In this document: positions 19,981 through 30,862 of the stretch, piece by piece
Numbering within the stretch: position 1 is the stretch's first letter
How the letters are laid out: each line of letters begins with the position of its first letter
Assembly (NCBI GenBank): GCA_039029455.1
Contig: JBCCGE010000004.1
Location: 1,170-65,169, forward strand
Length of the DNA stretch: 64,000 nt
Reading direction: 5' to 3'
Source: Pseudomonadota bacterium
GTDB taxonomy: Bacteria; Pseudomonadota; Gammaproteobacteria; Arenicellales; Poriferihabitantaceae
Notes under the pieces: generated by a model
Database searches by the model: none
Seen by the model: only the letters and a program-made list of their open reading frames with translations
Told to the model about the DNA's origin: nothing
Made by a program: the position numbers and the translations under genes

Positions 19981-20496
19981 TCAATCGGTCGACAATTCCC
20001 GGTAAAGCCGGGACTTCTCCTGATAGCTATTTGCCGACATGGCCAGTCCCTCGACTTCATCGTCCGTCAGCTCGCGAACGGCTTTAGCGGGAGAACCCAG
20101 AATTAAGCTTCTGGGTGGAAAGGATTTTCCCTCCGTAACCAATGACCGCGCTCCGACCAGACTCGATTCGCCAATGCTGGCGTGATTGAGGACAACACTG
20201 CCTATTCCGATCAGACTGCCGTTCCCTATGGTGCATCCGTGAAGGACCACACTATGGCCGATGGTGACATTCTGACCAATGGTCAAAGGTAAACCCGGAT
20301 CAGTATGCAGTACCGCGTTATCCTGCACATTCGAGCCGAATCCAATGTTAATAACATCATTGTCCCCACGGATTGTGGCGTTGAACCACACACTCGCTTT
20401 CTCTGAAACAATGACCGAACCGATTATATCGGCGCTGGGCGCGATAAAGCAGTCGTCATGAATTTCGGGGCATATGCGATTGAGAGAATAAATCAT
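19981..20496 (-). CDS. gamma-class carbonic anhydrase-like / hexapeptide-repeat protein (YrdA/PaaY type)
   Basis: 171 aa. Left-handed beta-helix hexapeptide repeats (IGSVIVSEKASVWFNATIRGDNDVINIGFGSNVQDNAVLH). Confidence 0.85.
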   Translation of the reverse strand: MIYSLNRICPEIHDDCFIAPSADIIGSVIVSEKASVWFNATIRGDNDVINIGFGSNVQDNAVLHTDPGLPLTIGQNVTIGHSVVLHGCTIGNGSLIGIGSVVLNHASIGESSLVGARSLVTEGKSFPPRSLILGSPAKAVRELTDDEVEGLAMSANSYQEKSRLYRELSTD

Positions 20497-20514
20497 GGGG
20501 GCCGTTATTGGGTT

Positions 20515-21588
20515 TCAGAGCGCCAGCGGCTTGTCCAGATCCTGCACCAGTTTTTCCTTTTGCCGCCATCCGAGTGTAACCATGGATTGAAGTTTCTCAG
20601 CAAGGTTTTGACGCTCCCGGTATTCCAGTTTGACCAGATCAGTGTCGTTTCGTGCGCTCATTAAGTAATCATCACTGGTCATAAGTCTGTCCACCAGTCC
20701 GAGTTCCAAAGCCCGCACACCCAACCAGTGCTCCCCGGTTGCGACGCTGTCTATATCCAGATCCGGTCTGCAGTGTTTAACGAAATCTTTAAAGTGCTGG
20801 TGAGTTTCCTCCAGCTCAGACTGCATTTTGTCCCGCGCCTTATCCGTATTTTCTCCAAACATGGTCAATGTGCGCTTGTACTCGCCAGCGTGCAGCTGCT
20901 CGAAATCGACATCATTTTTTTTCAGCACGCGGTGGAAGTTTGGAATCTGCGCCAGCACCCCGATAGAGCCGATAATTGAAAACGGTGCGGCGATGATTGT
21001 GTTGGCCACGCACGCCATCATGTAACCACCGCTGGCGGCCACCTTGTCCACCGCGACGGTGAGTGGGATTTCGCGATCCCGAATTCGTTGCAGCTGCGAT
21101 GCGGCCAGTCCATAACTGTGTACCATCCCGCCACCGCTTTCGAGACGAACGAGCACCTCGTCTGACTCAGTGGCAAGGGTAAGAATTGCGCTGATTTCCT
21201 CGCGAATCGAGGCGACATCGCTGGCGCGAATATCGCCGTCAAAATCCAGCACGAACATTCGTTTGCGCACGTCTTCTGTATCGGCGTCATCTGACTCTGA
21301 TTTCTTTCGCGCCTTGTGTGCTTTTTTCTCTGCTTTAGCTTCCGCCTTGGCTTTCCTTTTTGCTTCCTTGTGCCTGATTTTCATTCCGGACTCAGTCAAC
21401 AGGGCTGTATCCAGCGCCTGCTCCATGTCTTCGTACTGTTTGTTCAGATGTGTGATTTCCAGTTCACCCTTGCCGGGTTTCTTGTTGCGCAAGGCTAATG
21501 CGAGTACGCCTCCGACAGTCAGCAGTATCGCGATCACAATGGTGGCCGCTTTCGCGAGGAAAAGGCCGTATTCCGCTAGAAATTGCAT
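20515..21588 (-). CDS. sohB: S49-family inner-membrane peptidase SohB
   Basis: 357 aa. N-terminal TM (LFLAKAATIVIAILLTVGGV), a Lys/Ala-rich linker and the S49 core (GGGMVHSYGLAASQL...AASGGYMMA). Confidence 0.88.
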   Translation of the reverse strand: MQFLAEYGLFLAKAATIVIAILLTVGGVLALALRNKKPGKGELEITHLNKQYEDMEQALDTALLTESGMKIRHKEAKRKAKAEAKAEKKAHKARKKSESDDADTEDVRKRMFVLDFDGDIRASDVASIREEISAILTLATESDEVLVRLESGGGMVHSYGLAASQLQRIRDREIPLTVAVDKVAASGGYMMACVANTIIAAPFSIIGSIGVLAQIPNFHRVLKKNDVDFEQLHAGEYKRTLTMFGENTDKARDKMQSELEETHQHFKDFVKHCRPDLDIDSVATGEHWLGVRALELGLVDRLMTSDDYLMSARNDTDLVKLEYRERQNLAEKLQSMVTLGWRQKEKLVQDLDKPLAL

Positions 21589-21602
21589 AAATTTTTGATT
21601 GC

Positions 21603-23270
21603 TTACTTGTTAACCCTTGCCCAACCGTCTCTGAGCGTAACAACCCGGTTATAAACCGGGCGGTCTGCGCTGTGTTCGGGATCGGGATAGAAGTAGCCGA
21701 CCCGCTCAAACTGATACCGAGTGTCCGGCTTAGGGCTGGACAGAGCGGGTTCAAGTTTTGCGTCCACTATCTTCTCTAAAGATCCGGGGTTTAAAAACTC
21801 ACGGAAATTTCGATCCTTGTCCTGCAACGGATTGCTCTGAACGAAGAGTCGATCATAAAGTCGTACCTCGGCCGTGATGCAGTCCGCTGTGTTGACCCAA
21901 TGGATAATGCCTTTGACTTTCTTGCCTTCCGGCTGCATGCCACCACGGGTCTCCGGCAGATACTCACAACGAAGCTCAACAATGTTCCCCGATTCGTCCT
22001 CTACAACATCAGTGCATCGGATAACGAAACCGTATCGAAGTCTGACCATCCGACCAGGTGCCAGACGAAAAAACTTGCCTGGAGGATCCATCATAAAGTC
22101 GTCGTGATCGATATAGAGTTCACGACTCAGGGTGAGTTCCCGGGTGCCAAAAGACTCATCCCCAGGATGATTGGGGACAATCAGAGTTTCGGTTTCGTTT
22201 TCCGGGTAGTTTTCAAGTACGACCTTCAATGGTCTCAGCACGGCCATAGCTCGCGGCGCGATGGGGCCAAGGTCCTCTCTGATGCTGTTTTCCAGAACGC
22301 CCATCTCAATCACATTGTCTTTTTTAGTGATTCCGATCGAGCCAATAAAGTTGCGCAGTGAACCGGGCGTGTACCCCCGTCTGCGCAATCCCGAAATCGT
22401 GGGCATCCGGGGATCATCCCATCCGTGCACATCGCCTTCTTCCACCAGCTGGGTCAGCATCCGTTTGCTCATTACGGTGTAGTCCAGATTCATTCTGGAG
22501 AATTCGTATTGTCGGGGCCGACTGGGAGTGGTGATGTTGTCAATAAACCAGTCATACAGCGCTCGATGGTCCTCAAATTCAAGTGTACAAAGCGAGTGTG
22601 TGACGCCCTCGATAGCATCACTGAGCCCATGGGTGAAGTCATACATGGGATAAATGCACCACTCATCGCCCGTTCGCTGGTGTGCGTGATGGCGAATCCG
22701 GTAAATCACCGGGTCGCGCATATTTATATTGGGTGAAGCCATGTCGATTTTCGCGCGCAGCACCATTTCACCGTCGGCAAACTGCCCCTGATTCATTCGG
22801 GCAAACAAATCGCGATTTTCGTCAACGCTGCGGTTTCGGTCCGGACTGTCGACTCCGGGTTCAGTCAGTGTGCCCCGATTTTCTCTGATCTGCTCTGCAG
22901 TCTGGCTGTCGACATAAGCCAGTCCCTTGTCGATCAGCTCCAGCGCATATCCGTGCAGGGTCTCAAAATAGTCAGACGCGTGCGCAATTGCGTCGACGTT
23001 GTAACCCAACCACCGCACATCCTTTTCAATAGCGTCGACAAATTCCAGCGCTTCCTTTACCGGATTGGTGTCGTCGTACCGGAGAGTGCAGCGGCCCTGA
23101 TAATCGTCCGCAATACCAAAATTGAGCCAGATCGACTTGGCGTGACCGATGTGGAGATATCCGTTTGGCTCGGGTGGAAAGCGGGTCACGATTTCACTGT
23201 GTTTCCCTGAGTCCAGATCATCATTGATGATCTGCCGGACAAAGTTAACGGGTGCAGGTCTCTCGCCCAT
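21603..23270 (-). CDS. glnS: glutamine--tRNA ligase
   Basis: 555 aa. NFVRQIINDDL, the class I HIGH motif (PEPNGYLHIGHAKS) and a KMSKS-like VMSKR. Confidence 0.97.
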   Translation of the reverse strand: MGERPAPVNFVRQIINDDLDSGKHSEIVTRFPPEPNGYLHIGHAKSIWLNFGIADDYQGRCTLRYDDTNPVKEALEFVDAIEKDVRWLGYNVDAIAHASDYFETLHGYALELIDKGLAYVDSQTAEQIRENRGTLTEPGVDSPDRNRSVDENRDLFARMNQGQFADGEMVLRAKIDMASPNINMRDPVIYRIRHHAHQRTGDEWCIYPMYDFTHGLSDAIEGVTHSLCTLEFEDHRALYDWFIDNITTPSRPRQYEFSRMNLDYTVMSKRMLTQLVEEGDVHGWDDPRMPTISGLRRRGYTPGSLRNFIGSIGITKKDNVIEMGVLENSIREDLGPIAPRAMAVLRPLKVVLENYPENETETLIVPNHPGDESFGTRELTLSRELYIDHDDFMMDPPGKFFRLAPGRMVRLRYGFVIRCTDVVEDESGNIVELRCEYLPETRGGMQPEGKKVKGIIHWVNTADCITAEVRLYDRLFVQSNPLQDKDRNFREFLNPGSLEKIVDAKLEPALSSPKPDTRYQFERVGYFYPDPEHSADRPVYNRVVTLRDGWARVNK

Positions 23271-23350
23271 GGGACTGAGTATCTTCCTGTAAAAAATGGG
23301 GCCGGGAGTATACCCGAATGTGTGTCAGTGTAGGATTTAACCGCGCCGCG

Positions 23351-24499
23351 CTAGTCGTCATCGGGCGCGAGCAAAACATTCTCCAGAATGGCGACATAAC
23401 AGTCACTTAGACTATCGAGATCTCGGATGGAAACGCATTCGTCGATCTGATGAATGGTGGCATTTACCGGGCCGAGCTCGATGACCTGGGCACCTGTTGG
23501 GGCGATAAATCGTCCATCCGATGTGCCGCCGGAGGTTGACAGCTCGGGTCTTTGCCCGGTCACTTTCATCACGGCGGCAGTCGCTGCCCTGACCAGATCA
23601 CCCTGTTGGGTCTCGAAGGGCAGACCGCTCAAGTTCCAGTCGATGGTATAGCGAAGATCGTGGGACTGAAGAATCTGTTCGACGGTCTGCCTGATCGTAT
23701 GCTCACTGGTCTCCGGACAGAAGCGGACATTGAACTGGGCCTGGATCGTCCCGGGGATAACGTTTGCAGCGCCGGCACCAGAGCTGATATTGGAAAACTG
23801 CAGGCTTGAAGGCTGAAAGTGATTGTTCCCCTGATCCCAGATGACTGCTGCAATTTCGTTGAGCGCGGGCAGCGTCCGGTGAATTGGATTGTCGGCAAGA
23901 TGAGGATAAGCGATATGCCCCTGAATGCCCTCGACGCGGAGTGTGGCGCCCAGTGATCCTCGTCGCCCCACTTTGATGGTGTCTCCAAGCTGATTGACAC
24001 TGGTGGGTTCTCCAACCACACAGTAGTCGATGTGGGTGCCTTGAGCCTGCAAGTGCTCAACGACTGCGCGTGTCCCCCATCGTGCAGGACCTTCTTCGTC
24101 ACTGGTGATAAGCAATCCAATGCGACCTGGATGGTCCGGGTGGGAGGCGACGAATACCTCTATCGCGGTAACGAAAGCCGCAAGACTGCCTTTCATGTCT
24201 GCGGCTCCGCGACCGTAAAGCATATCGCCATCGACTGTGGCGGAGAACGGATCGTGCAACCACTGATCGACCGGACCCGTTGGCACGACATCGGTATGAC
24301 CCGCGAGCACCAGCAATGGACCCGAACTACCCCTCATCGACCAGAGATTGCTGACATCCTCGAAGTTGAGAGACTGGCTGCGAAATCCAAGTGCGGACAA
24401 TCTCTTTTGAAGAATGTTCTGGCAATTTGCATCGTCAGGCGTCACAGAAGGGCGTTGAATAAGGTCGCGGGCGAGTTCGATGGTGGGCGACAGAGCCAT
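23351..24499 (-). CDS. dapE: succinyl-diaminopimelate desuccinylase
   Basis: 382 aa. ELARDLIQRPSVTPDD, GHTDVVPTGP, GRGAADMKGS and SDEEG (M20 metal ligands). Confidence 0.93.
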   Translation of the reverse strand: MALSPTIELARDLIQRPSVTPDDANCQNILQKRLSALGFRSQSLNFEDVSNLWSMRGSSGPLLVLAGHTDVVPTGPVDQWLHDPFSATVDGDMLYGRGAADMKGSLAAFVTAIEVFVASHPDHPGRIGLLITSDEEGPARWGTRAVVEHLQAQGTHIDYCVVGEPTSVNQLGDTIKVGRRGSLGATLRVEGIQGHIAYPHLADNPIHRTLPALNEIAAVIWDQGNNHFQPSSLQFSNISSGAGAANVIPGTIQAQFNVRFCPETSEHTIRQTVEQILQSHDLRYTIDWNLSGLPFETQQGDLVRAATAAVMKVTGQRPELSTSGGTSDGRFIAPTGAQVIELGPVNATIHQIDECVSIRDLDSLSDCYVAILENVLLAPDDD

Positions 24500-24560
24500 G
24501 TTTGATTTGTAGCGGGGAAAGAATTAAGGTTTGACTATTCTAACAACCCAGCTGCAAAAC

Positions 24561-25337
24561 ATGACCGAAAGCGTGCCCGCGCTCGAAATCAGCAACCTTC
24601 ACAAGAAATTCGGAGATGTCGAAGTGCTGAAGGGTATTGACCTGACTGCAAATCAGCATGATGTGATTTCTGTACTGGGCAGCAGCGGCTCCGGAAAAAG
24701 CACTATGCTGCGTTGTGTTAATTTGCTCGAAACACCGACCAGCGGTGAAGTCAGAGTTCATGGTGAGCTGATCGAAATGCGAGACAATCGGGACGGCTCC
24801 CGGTCACCGACTGATCCCAGACAGGTTGAGCGCATCCGCAGTCGATTGGGGATGGTCTTTCAGCAGTTTAATCTATGGTCGCACATGACGGCGGCGCAAA
24901 ACGTCATGGAGGCTCCGATAACGGTTCTTGGAATGAGCAAGGCGGAGTCCAGAGACCGAGCCGATGCAGTTCTGGAAAGGGTTGGCATGATAGATCGAAA
25001 AGACTACTATCCTTCGCATCTTTCTGGTGGACAACAGCAGCGTGTCGCGATCGCCCGCGCGCTGGCGATGGAACCTGAGGTGATGCTGTTTGACGAACCG
25101 ACATCGGCGCTTGACCCGGAACTTGTTGGTGAGGTTTTGAAAGTCATTCGCAGTCTGGCCGAAGAGGGCCGGACTATGCTGGTTGTAACTCACGAGATGG
25201 GTTTTGCCAAAGATGTCTCAGATCGGGTTATATTCCTGCACGAAGGTGCAGTTGAAGAATCCGGTGAACCGTCCCGGGTATTTGAGAATCCGGCTTCGGA
25301 TCGATTCAGACAGTTTTTGGCGGGCACCTTAAAGTAA
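24561..25337 (+). CDS. hisP: polar (basic) amino-acid ABC transporter ATP-binding protein
   Basis: Walker [10 protein letters not shown], signature [15 protein letters not shown] and Walker [15 protein letters not shown] at 24561 gives a HisP/ArtP-like N-terminus. An upstream TTG at 24531 is an alternative start. Confidence 0.9.
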   Translation: MTESVPALEISNLHKKFGDVEVLKGIDLTANQHDVISVLGSSGSGKSTMLRCVNLLETPTSGEVRVHGELIEMRDNRDGSRSPTDPRQVERIRSRLGMVFQQFNLWSHMTAAQNVMEAPITVLGMSKAESRDRADAVLERVGMIDRKDYYPSHLSGGQQQRVAIARALAMEPEVMLFDEPTSALDPELVGEVLKVIRSLAEEGRTMLVVTHEMGFAKDVSDRVIFLHEGAVEESGEPSRVFENPASDRFRQFLAGTLK

Positions 25338-25480
25338 TGCGGCTTGATCGATGTGAATTGGTCAAACCAAACTGGCTCTGGAGCCTTCAATCCAATTGAA
25401 AATCCAAATAAATTGTCAGTTGACGCTGATATCCGACTTACCCACGATAAATCTGAATTTTATTTTCTGAGGAGAAAATC

Positions 25481-26254
25481 ATGAAAAAGCTGTTTACAAC
25501 AGTCCTTGCTGCCGCACTTTCCGGACTGGTCGCGACCGCAAATGCAGGCGACTGGAAAGAGGTCCGAATTGGTGTTGAAGGCGCCTATCCCCCATTCAGC
25601 GCGATTACCGAGAGCGGTCAGCTGGTGGGTTTTGACATCGATATTGCCATTGCATTGTGCAATGAAATGGGCGTTGAATGTTCGCTGGTGCCGCAGGACT
25701 GGGATGGCATTATCCCGGCGTTGCTGGCAAAAAAATACGACGCCATTCTTGCGTCCATGTCGATTACTGAAGAGCGTAAGAAAAAAGTTGCGTTCACCGG
25801 CAAGTACTACAATTCAAAAGCTTTTTTTGCTGCACCTAAAGGCGCCAATATCAGCCTGACAAAAGAGGGGCTGGCTGGAAAAACTGTAGGCGTTCAGCGT
25901 GCGACTACCCACGACAACTTTATTACTGCAGAATTCGGCGATGCGGTTACGGTGAAACGTTACGGTACGCAGGATGAAGCCTATCTGGACGCGGTCGCTG
26001 GTCGTGTTGACCTGCTTCTGGCCGATGGTATTGCCATGGACGAAGGGTTTGTTGCCACAGAACAGGGTGCAGGCTGGGAGCTGATTGGTGAGGGATACTC
26101 GGATCCGGCTTATTTTGGTGAAGGTGCCGGAATCGCCATTCGCAAAGAAGACACCGATCTGGTTGAGATGTTCAACAATGCCATTCAGGCGATTCGCGCC
26201 AATGGTGTTTACAAGAAAATCAACGACAAGTACTTCGCGATCGACATTTACTGA
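25481..26254 (+). CDS. basic amino-acid (Lys/Arg/Orn/His-type) ABC substrate-binding protein
   Basis: Signal peptide (MKKLFTTVLAAALSGLVATANA), GVEGAYPPFS, GFDIDIA and DAILASMSITEERKK, as in the family-3 SBPs HisJ/ArgT. Strong GAGGAG Shine-Dalgarno. Confidence 0.9.
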   Translation: MKKLFTTVLAAALSGLVATANAGDWKEVRIGVEGAYPPFSAITESGQLVGFDIDIAIALCNEMGVECSLVPQDWDGIIPALLAKKYDAILASMSITEERKKKVAFTGKYYNSKAFFAAPKGANISLTKEGLAGKTVGVQRATTHDNFITAEFGDAVTVKRYGTQDEAYLDAVAGRVDLLLADGIAMDEGFVATEQGAGWELIGEGYSDPAYFGEGAGIAIRKEDTDLVEMFNNAIQAIRANGVYKKINDKYFAIDIY

Positions 26255-26275
26255 TCGGAATCGCAGTAACAAATC

Positions 26276-26306
26276 AAAGCCGCCTGTAACGGGCGGCTTT
26301 TTTTTG
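26276..26306 (+). terminator. rho-independent terminator or attenuator after the SBP gene
   Basis: AAAGCCGCCtgtaacGGGCGGCTTTTTTTT, 22 nt after the stop. Confidence 0.8.
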
Positions 26307-26363
26307 TCTGCGCGAGACCGGACGCATTTGATATGATCTATACGTCACATTAAAGAGCTTGGA

Positions 26364-27050
26364 ATGTCCGAAGTCATTGCCTATCTGCCACTGGTTCTAA
26401 AGGGAATGGTGCTGACCGTTGAGGTCGCGCTGTTGTCACTGTTTCTGGCCTGTGTGCTCGGCATGGCCGCTGCTGCTGCCCGATTGTCGAATTCAGTTAT
26501 TGCGCGGGTGGTGTCCGGTGTCTATACAACGATCATTCGCGGAATTCCCGATCTGGTTTTAATGACGTTGATTTTTTTCGGCGGTCAGATTTTACTGAAC
26601 AATCTCGGCGACAAAATGGGGTGGGGGTATATCGATGTTTCTCCATTCGCAGCAGGAGTTATCACAATCGGATTTATCTTTGGCGCTTACATGGGTGAGA
26701 CATTCCGAGGTGCCATTTTAGCTGTTCCCGCCGGCGAGATTGAGGCCGCACGAGCATTTGGAATGCGACCACTGTCGGTTTTCAGACGGGTTACTTTCCC
26801 GGCGATGATGCGCCACGCATTGCCCGGGTTTGGTAACAACTGGCTTGTGCTGATGAAAGCAACGGCGCTGGTGTCTGTGATCGGATTGCATGATTTGTTG
26901 TTTAATGCAGGCGCAGCTGGTGGATCGACTCGACAGCCGTTTTCGTTTTATCTACTGGCCGCATTGCTGTATCTAGTGATGACAGCCGTTTCGAATCTGG
27001 GTCTGCGCTGGCTGGATTGGCGCTACAGTGTCGGCGTCCGTAAGGTTTGA
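26364..27050 (+). CDS. hisQ: amino-acid ABC transporter permease (HisQ-like)
   Basis: 228 aa, 5-6 TM. EAA-loop region EIEAARAFGMRPLSVFRRVTFPAM. Confidence 0.9.
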   Translation: MSEVIAYLPLVLKGMVLTVEVALLSLFLACVLGMAAAAARLSNSVIARVVSGVYTTIIRGIPDLVLMTLIFFGGQILLNNLGDKMGWGYIDVSPFAAGVITIGFIFGAYMGETFRGAILAVPAGEIEAARAFGMRPLSVFRRVTFPAMMRHALPGFGNNWLVLMKATALVSVIGLHDLLFNAGAAGGSTRQPFSFYLLAALLYLVMTAVSNLGLRWLDWRYSVGVRKV

Positions 27051-27051
27051 T

Positions 27052-27750
27052 ATGGATATCGACGTCATTATCAGCAATTTGCCCCTGTACTTTGACGGTC
27101 TTTGGCTAACCGTAGAACTGCTGCTTATTTCAATCATTGCAGGTTTTATGCTGGCGATACCGGTTGCCCTCGCCGCGACATCGAAACGGTCAATAATCGG
27201 GACGATTCCCCGCGCATTTATATATTTTTTCCGCGGTACGCCATTGCTGGTTCAGATATTTCTGGTTTACCACGGCTTCGCGCAATTTGAGTGGCTGAGG
27301 GCGAGTTTCCTTTGGCAGTTCTTTCGGGAGGCTTACTGGTGCGCTTTGTTTGCGTTCTCGCTAAACACAGCAGCGTATACTGCGGAGATTATTCGCGGCG
27401 CTATAGTCCAGACCGCTGCAGGCGAAATTGAGGCCGCCAGAGCGTGCGGAATGTCAGATTTTCAGGCATTTCGGCGCGTCATACTTCCGAGCGCCCTGCG
27501 GCGGGCATTGCCGGCCTACGGCAACGAGGTTGTCTTCATGCTTCACGGAACAGCATTGGCGGGTGTCATCACGCTGGTCGATCTGTTCGGGGCGGCAAAA
27601 ATAGTGAACTCACGTCATTTTGTGCCGTTTGAATCCTTTATTGCGGCCGGACTGTTTTATTTGATTCTCACATTCGGGATCGTCTATCTGTTTAAACTCG
27701 CCGAGAGACGATGGCACGTCCACCTGCGGCCTCGTGAGGATTCTTCGTGA
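27052..27750 (+). CDS. hisM: amino-acid ABC transporter permease (HisM-like)
   Basis: ATG at 27052, directly after the hisQ stop. EAA loop EIEAARACGMSDFQAFRRVILPSAL. Confidence 0.9.
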   Translation: MDIDVIISNLPLYFDGLWLTVELLLISIIAGFMLAIPVALAATSKRSIIGTIPRAFIYFFRGTPLLVQIFLVYHGFAQFEWLRASFLWQFFREAYWCALFAFSLNTAAYTAEIIRGAIVQTAAGEIEAARACGMSDFQAFRRVILPSALRRALPAYGNEVVFMLHGTALAGVITLVDLFGAAKIVNSRHFVPFESFIAAGLFYLILTFGIVYLFKLAERRWHVHLRPREDSS

Positions 27751-28514
27751 CCGCATGGTTTTCGAGCTCGCTGGGTTCCGAGGCGCTAATACGGGAGGCT
27801 GAGCTTTGTCGACAGCTGCTGCCGACCGGTTACTACCGTTACAGTGTTCAGCTTGGCTTACCGGCAGTTTCTTTTGCTGCCGATGTTGAAGTTGGGCACC
27901 GCTTTTTGGTTGATCGCTCCGTGGATGCACTTGCGGCGGCGCACCATAGCGGTGTGGTTTCGCGGTCGGGGGCGCTGCCGTTTGCAGAGAAAAGTATCGA
28001 TTTGCTCTACCTTCCGCATACGCTGGATTTTTGTAACGATCCACATGAAGTATTGCGTGAAGCCAGTCAGGTACTGATCCCCGAAGGCTGTGTGGTGCTT
28101 ACAGGATTTAACCTGGTCAGTCTGTGGGGTGGGTTGAAACACATCCGCCCTGCGCGGTGGCGCAAAGTCGATACGCCCTATTGCGGACGTTACTACCGCG
28201 TGGGTGGCATGCAGGACTGGTTGTCGCTGCTTGGATTCGATGTCGTTGGCGCACAAATTATCGGTTTTCAACCACCGGTTCAAAACGAACAGTGGCGAAG
28301 ACGCCTGGGCTTTTTGGAAAAGGCAGGAAGTCGCTGGTGGCCCGGGCTTGGAGCGATATGGCTGATTGTCGGACGTAAAAGGGAGGTCGCAGTTTCCGGC
28401 GGCAACAAAAACCGGTTGCGTTGGCAACAGCTTATTCCCGGTATCGCCGGTACGGCTAATCAACCTGCCGCCCGTCACGCGGCGCGCACTACGCTGCATC
28501 TCGTGCCTAAATGA
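27747..28514 (+). CDS. class I SAM-dependent methyltransferase (YafS-like, rnhA-linked)
   Basis: GTG start overlapping the hisM stop (GTGA). 255 aa. Conserved position upstream of rnhA-dnaQ as in pseudomonads. [38 protein letters not shown] resembles methyltransferase-type-11 motifs. Confidence 0.7.
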   Translation: MTAWFSSSLGSEALIREAELCRQLLPTGYYRYSVQLGLPAVSFAADVEVGHRFLVDRSVDALAAAHHSGVVSRSGALPFAEKSIDLLYLPHTLDFCNDPHEVLREASQVLIPEGCVVLTGFNLVSLWGGLKHIRPARWRKVDTPYCGRYYRVGGMQDWLSLLGFDVVGAQIIGFQPPVQNEQWRRRLGFLEKAGSRWWPGLGAIWLIVGRKREVAVSGGNKNRLRWQQLIPGIAGTANQPAARHAARTTLHLVPK

Positions 28515-28954
28515 GTTCGCGGGTGGTGATCTATACGGACGGTGCCTGTCGGGGTAATCCGGGACCGGGTGGATGGGGCGCCACGTTGCAGTCGGGCGAA
28601 TATTATCGGGAACTCAAAGGATTCGCGCGAAGTACCACCAATAACCGGATGGAGCTGGAAGCAGCAATAAATGCTCTGGCAGCGTTGAAAAGATCCAGCG
28701 ACGTTGATTTGTATACCGATTCCACCTACGTCCGAAACGGTGTCACCAGCTGGCTGCAGACATGGAAAACAAATAACTGGAAAACGGCCGCGCGAAAGCC
28801 GGTCAAAAACAGGGAACTGTGGGAGCAGCTCGATACATTGCAATCACAGCACGATATCAACTGGCATTGGGTTAAAGGTCATTCTGGTGACGCAGGCAAT
28901 GATCGAGTTGATGAACTGGCGAATGAAGCTATAGATGAATTAGGCGACGAATAG
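28511..28954 (+). CDS. rnhA: ribonuclease HI
   Basis: 147 aa. [34 protein letters not shown] and [24 protein letters not shown] overlap with the upstream gene. Confidence 0.95.
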   Translation: MSSRVVIYTDGACRGNPGPGGWGATLQSGEYYRELKGFARSTTNNRMELEAAINALAALKRSSDVDLYTDSTYVRNGVTSWLQTWKTNNWKTAARKPVKNRELWEQLDTLQSQHDINWHWVKGHSGDAGNDRVDELANEAIDELGDE

Positions 28955-29677
28955 ATGCGACAGATTGTTCTGGACACCGAGACTACAGGTCTTGAGACCT
29001 CGGAGGGTCATCGAATTATTGAAATCGGATGTATAGAAGTCATTGATCGAAAGCTGACTGGCAACAATTATCACCAGTACATCAATCCACAGCGGGAAAT
29101 CGACGAAGCCGCTGTTGAGGTTCACGGAATTACACTGGAGTCACTTCAAGGCAAACCTCTGTTTGCCGATCTTGCTGCAGAGTTGCTTGAATATCTGACC
29201 GGTGCAGAACTGGTTATCCACAATGCGCCTTTTGACGTCGGCTTTCTTAACGCCGAATTCGAGCGTGCAAACCTGGGTTTGGATCGCATTGGCGAAAACT
29301 GCTCTGTGCTGGATACACTGGTGATGGCTCGGCAGAAGCATCCGGGTCAGAAAAATAACCTCGACGCACTGTGCCGCCGCTATGAAGTTGACAATACGCA
29401 GCGAACGCTTCACGGGGCATTGCTTGACGCCGAGATACTGACCGACGTCTATCTGGCAATGACCGGAGGTCAAACTACTCTGATTGGAGATTCAATTGAC
29501 ATCTCCTCAGTTTCAGCCGTCGCATTCTCCGGTGAACCAGCCGACTTGACTGCAATCGAAACTCCGGTTTTACGCGCTACCGATGAGGAATTGGCTTCCC
29601 ATCAGAAGTGGCTTGATCTGCTTGATCAGGAGGCGGAGGGAGCGGTCGTCTGGAACCACGACTCATCAGAACTCTGA
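28955..29677 (+). CDS. dnaQ: DNA polymerase III epsilon subunit (3'-5' proofreading exonuclease)
   Basis: MRQIVLDTETTGL (Exo I), HNAPFDVGFL (Exo II) and HGALLDAEILTDVY (Exo III). Starts on the nt after the rnhA stop. Confidence 0.95.
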   Translation: MRQIVLDTETTGLETSEGHRIIEIGCIEVIDRKLTGNNYHQYINPQREIDEAAVEVHGITLESLQGKPLFADLAAELLEYLTGAELVIHNAPFDVGFLNAEFERANLGLDRIGENCSVLDTLVMARQKHPGQKNNLDALCRRYEVDNTQRTLHGALLDAEILTDVYLAMTGGQTTLIGDSIDISSVSAVAFSGEPADLTAIETPVLRATDEELASHQKWLDLLDQEAEGAVVWNHDSSEL

Positions 29678-29689
29678 AACGGCCAAGCG

Positions 29690-30505
29690 ATGGGGGTAGA
29701 AACTAATTGGAGTGTGTTTGATCGGGCGAGTGCCGGTTTGATGTCCCGAAGTCTGGCGGAAAAATCAGACAGCCTTAAGGAAATACGGACCCTTCTCGAA
29801 ACCGTCGATGATGATTGTGTGCTTGCAAGCTGCAGTGACGAGCAGGTTCTGACGATTGACTATCCCGGTTTGCCGGCAAACGTCAGTCTGGTACATCCCT
29901 CCAAACTCAAGCGACGAGGACTGGGCTCGAATGACGGCCGCGCGTGTTTTCTGCATGCGGTCGCCCACATTGAATTTAATGCCATCAATCTTGCGCTGGA
30001 TGCTATTTACAGATTTCGCGGGCTGCCTGCGCGTTTTTACCGGGACTGGTTATCAGTGGCTCTCGACGAGTGTCGTCACCATGAGATGTTGGTCCGGCGG
30101 ATGGGCGAACTGGGGTTTTCATACGGAGACTTTGTAGCGCACAACGGACTCTGGGACGCAGCCATGAGTTCCGCGTACAGTCTGAAAGTTCGCATGGCAA
30201 TCGTACCCTGTGTATTTGAAGCACGCGGACTGGACGTTACTCCAGGCATGATTCGTCGCCTGCAGTCAGTGGGTGACCGAGAGAGTGCAGCGATTCTGCA
30301 ACAGATTCTTGACGAAGAAATCGGTCATGTGGCGATTGGTAACCGCTGGTTTGAATTTGCCTGCACGGCAGAGGGACTGGATCCCGATATCGAGCTTGCC
30401 CGTACCATCAGTCAGCATATGCCCACACGGCGCCATGGTGAAATGAATACTGAGGCTCGACTGGAGGCCGGTTTTAGTGCCGCCCAGTTGCGGTCGTTAA
30501 AGTAG
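29690..30505 (+). CDS. DUF455-type ferritin-like di-iron protein
   Basis: 271 aa. Paired E..H motifs (HIEFNAINLALD, DECRHHEML, EARGLDVTP, DEEIGHVAIG) consistent with the ferritin-like DUF455 fold. Confidence 0.65.
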   Translation: MGVETNWSVFDRASAGLMSRSLAEKSDSLKEIRTLLETVDDDCVLASCSDEQVLTIDYPGLPANVSLVHPSKLKRRGLGSNDGRACFLHAVAHIEFNAINLALDAIYRFRGLPARFYRDWLSVALDECRHHEMLVRRMGELGFSYGDFVAHNGLWDAAMSSAYSLKVRMAIVPCVFEARGLDVTPGMIRRLQSVGDRESAAILQQILDEEIGHVAIGNRWFEFACTAEGLDPDIELARTISQHMPTRRHGEMNTEARLEAGFSAAQLRSLK

Positions 30506-30542
30506 CATACCTGCCCGGCGAACACGCATGACTGAACCTGCG

Positions 30543-30842
30543 TCAGGGCAACGCCTGTTTGAAAGGCTTGACTTCAACGCGCTCATAAACATTTGCTGCG
30601 ATGTACGGATCTGCGTCCGCCCAGGCCTGGGCCTGTTGAAGCGAATCAAACTCGGCAATAATCACACTGCCTGAAAACCCGGCTTCTCCCGGGTCCTCAC
30701 TATCGACAGCGGGGTTGGGTCCGGCGATCACGAGTCGGCCCTCTGACAACAGTGACTTTAGTCGCTCCACGTGATCGGGCCTGGCGGCGAGCCGACGTTC
30801 CAGACTGTTTTCAGTGTCAATACCGTAAATTGTATAAAGCAT
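30543..30842 (-). CDS. YciI-family protein
   Basis: 99 aa. [22 protein letters not shown]...[17 protein letters not shown] is typical of YciI-like proteins. Confidence 0.8.
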   Translation of the reverse strand: MLYTIYGIDTENSLERRLAARPDHVERLKSLLSEGRLVIAGPNPAVDSEDPGEAGFSGSVIIAEFDSLQQAQAWADADPYIAANVYERVEVKPFKQALP

Positions 30843-30862
30843 AGTGATGTTCAGATTTTTGA

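Noticed and set aside
25814-26272. 152-aa ORF antisense to the amino-acid SBP gene
   Set aside because: It is a shadow ORF inside a confidently identified SBP gene.
27858-28499. 213-aa ORF antisense to the YafS-like methyltransferase gene
   Set aside because: The plus-strand gene has conserved context (upstream of rnhA-dnaQ) and coupled start and stop codons. The antisense frame has random-looking composition.
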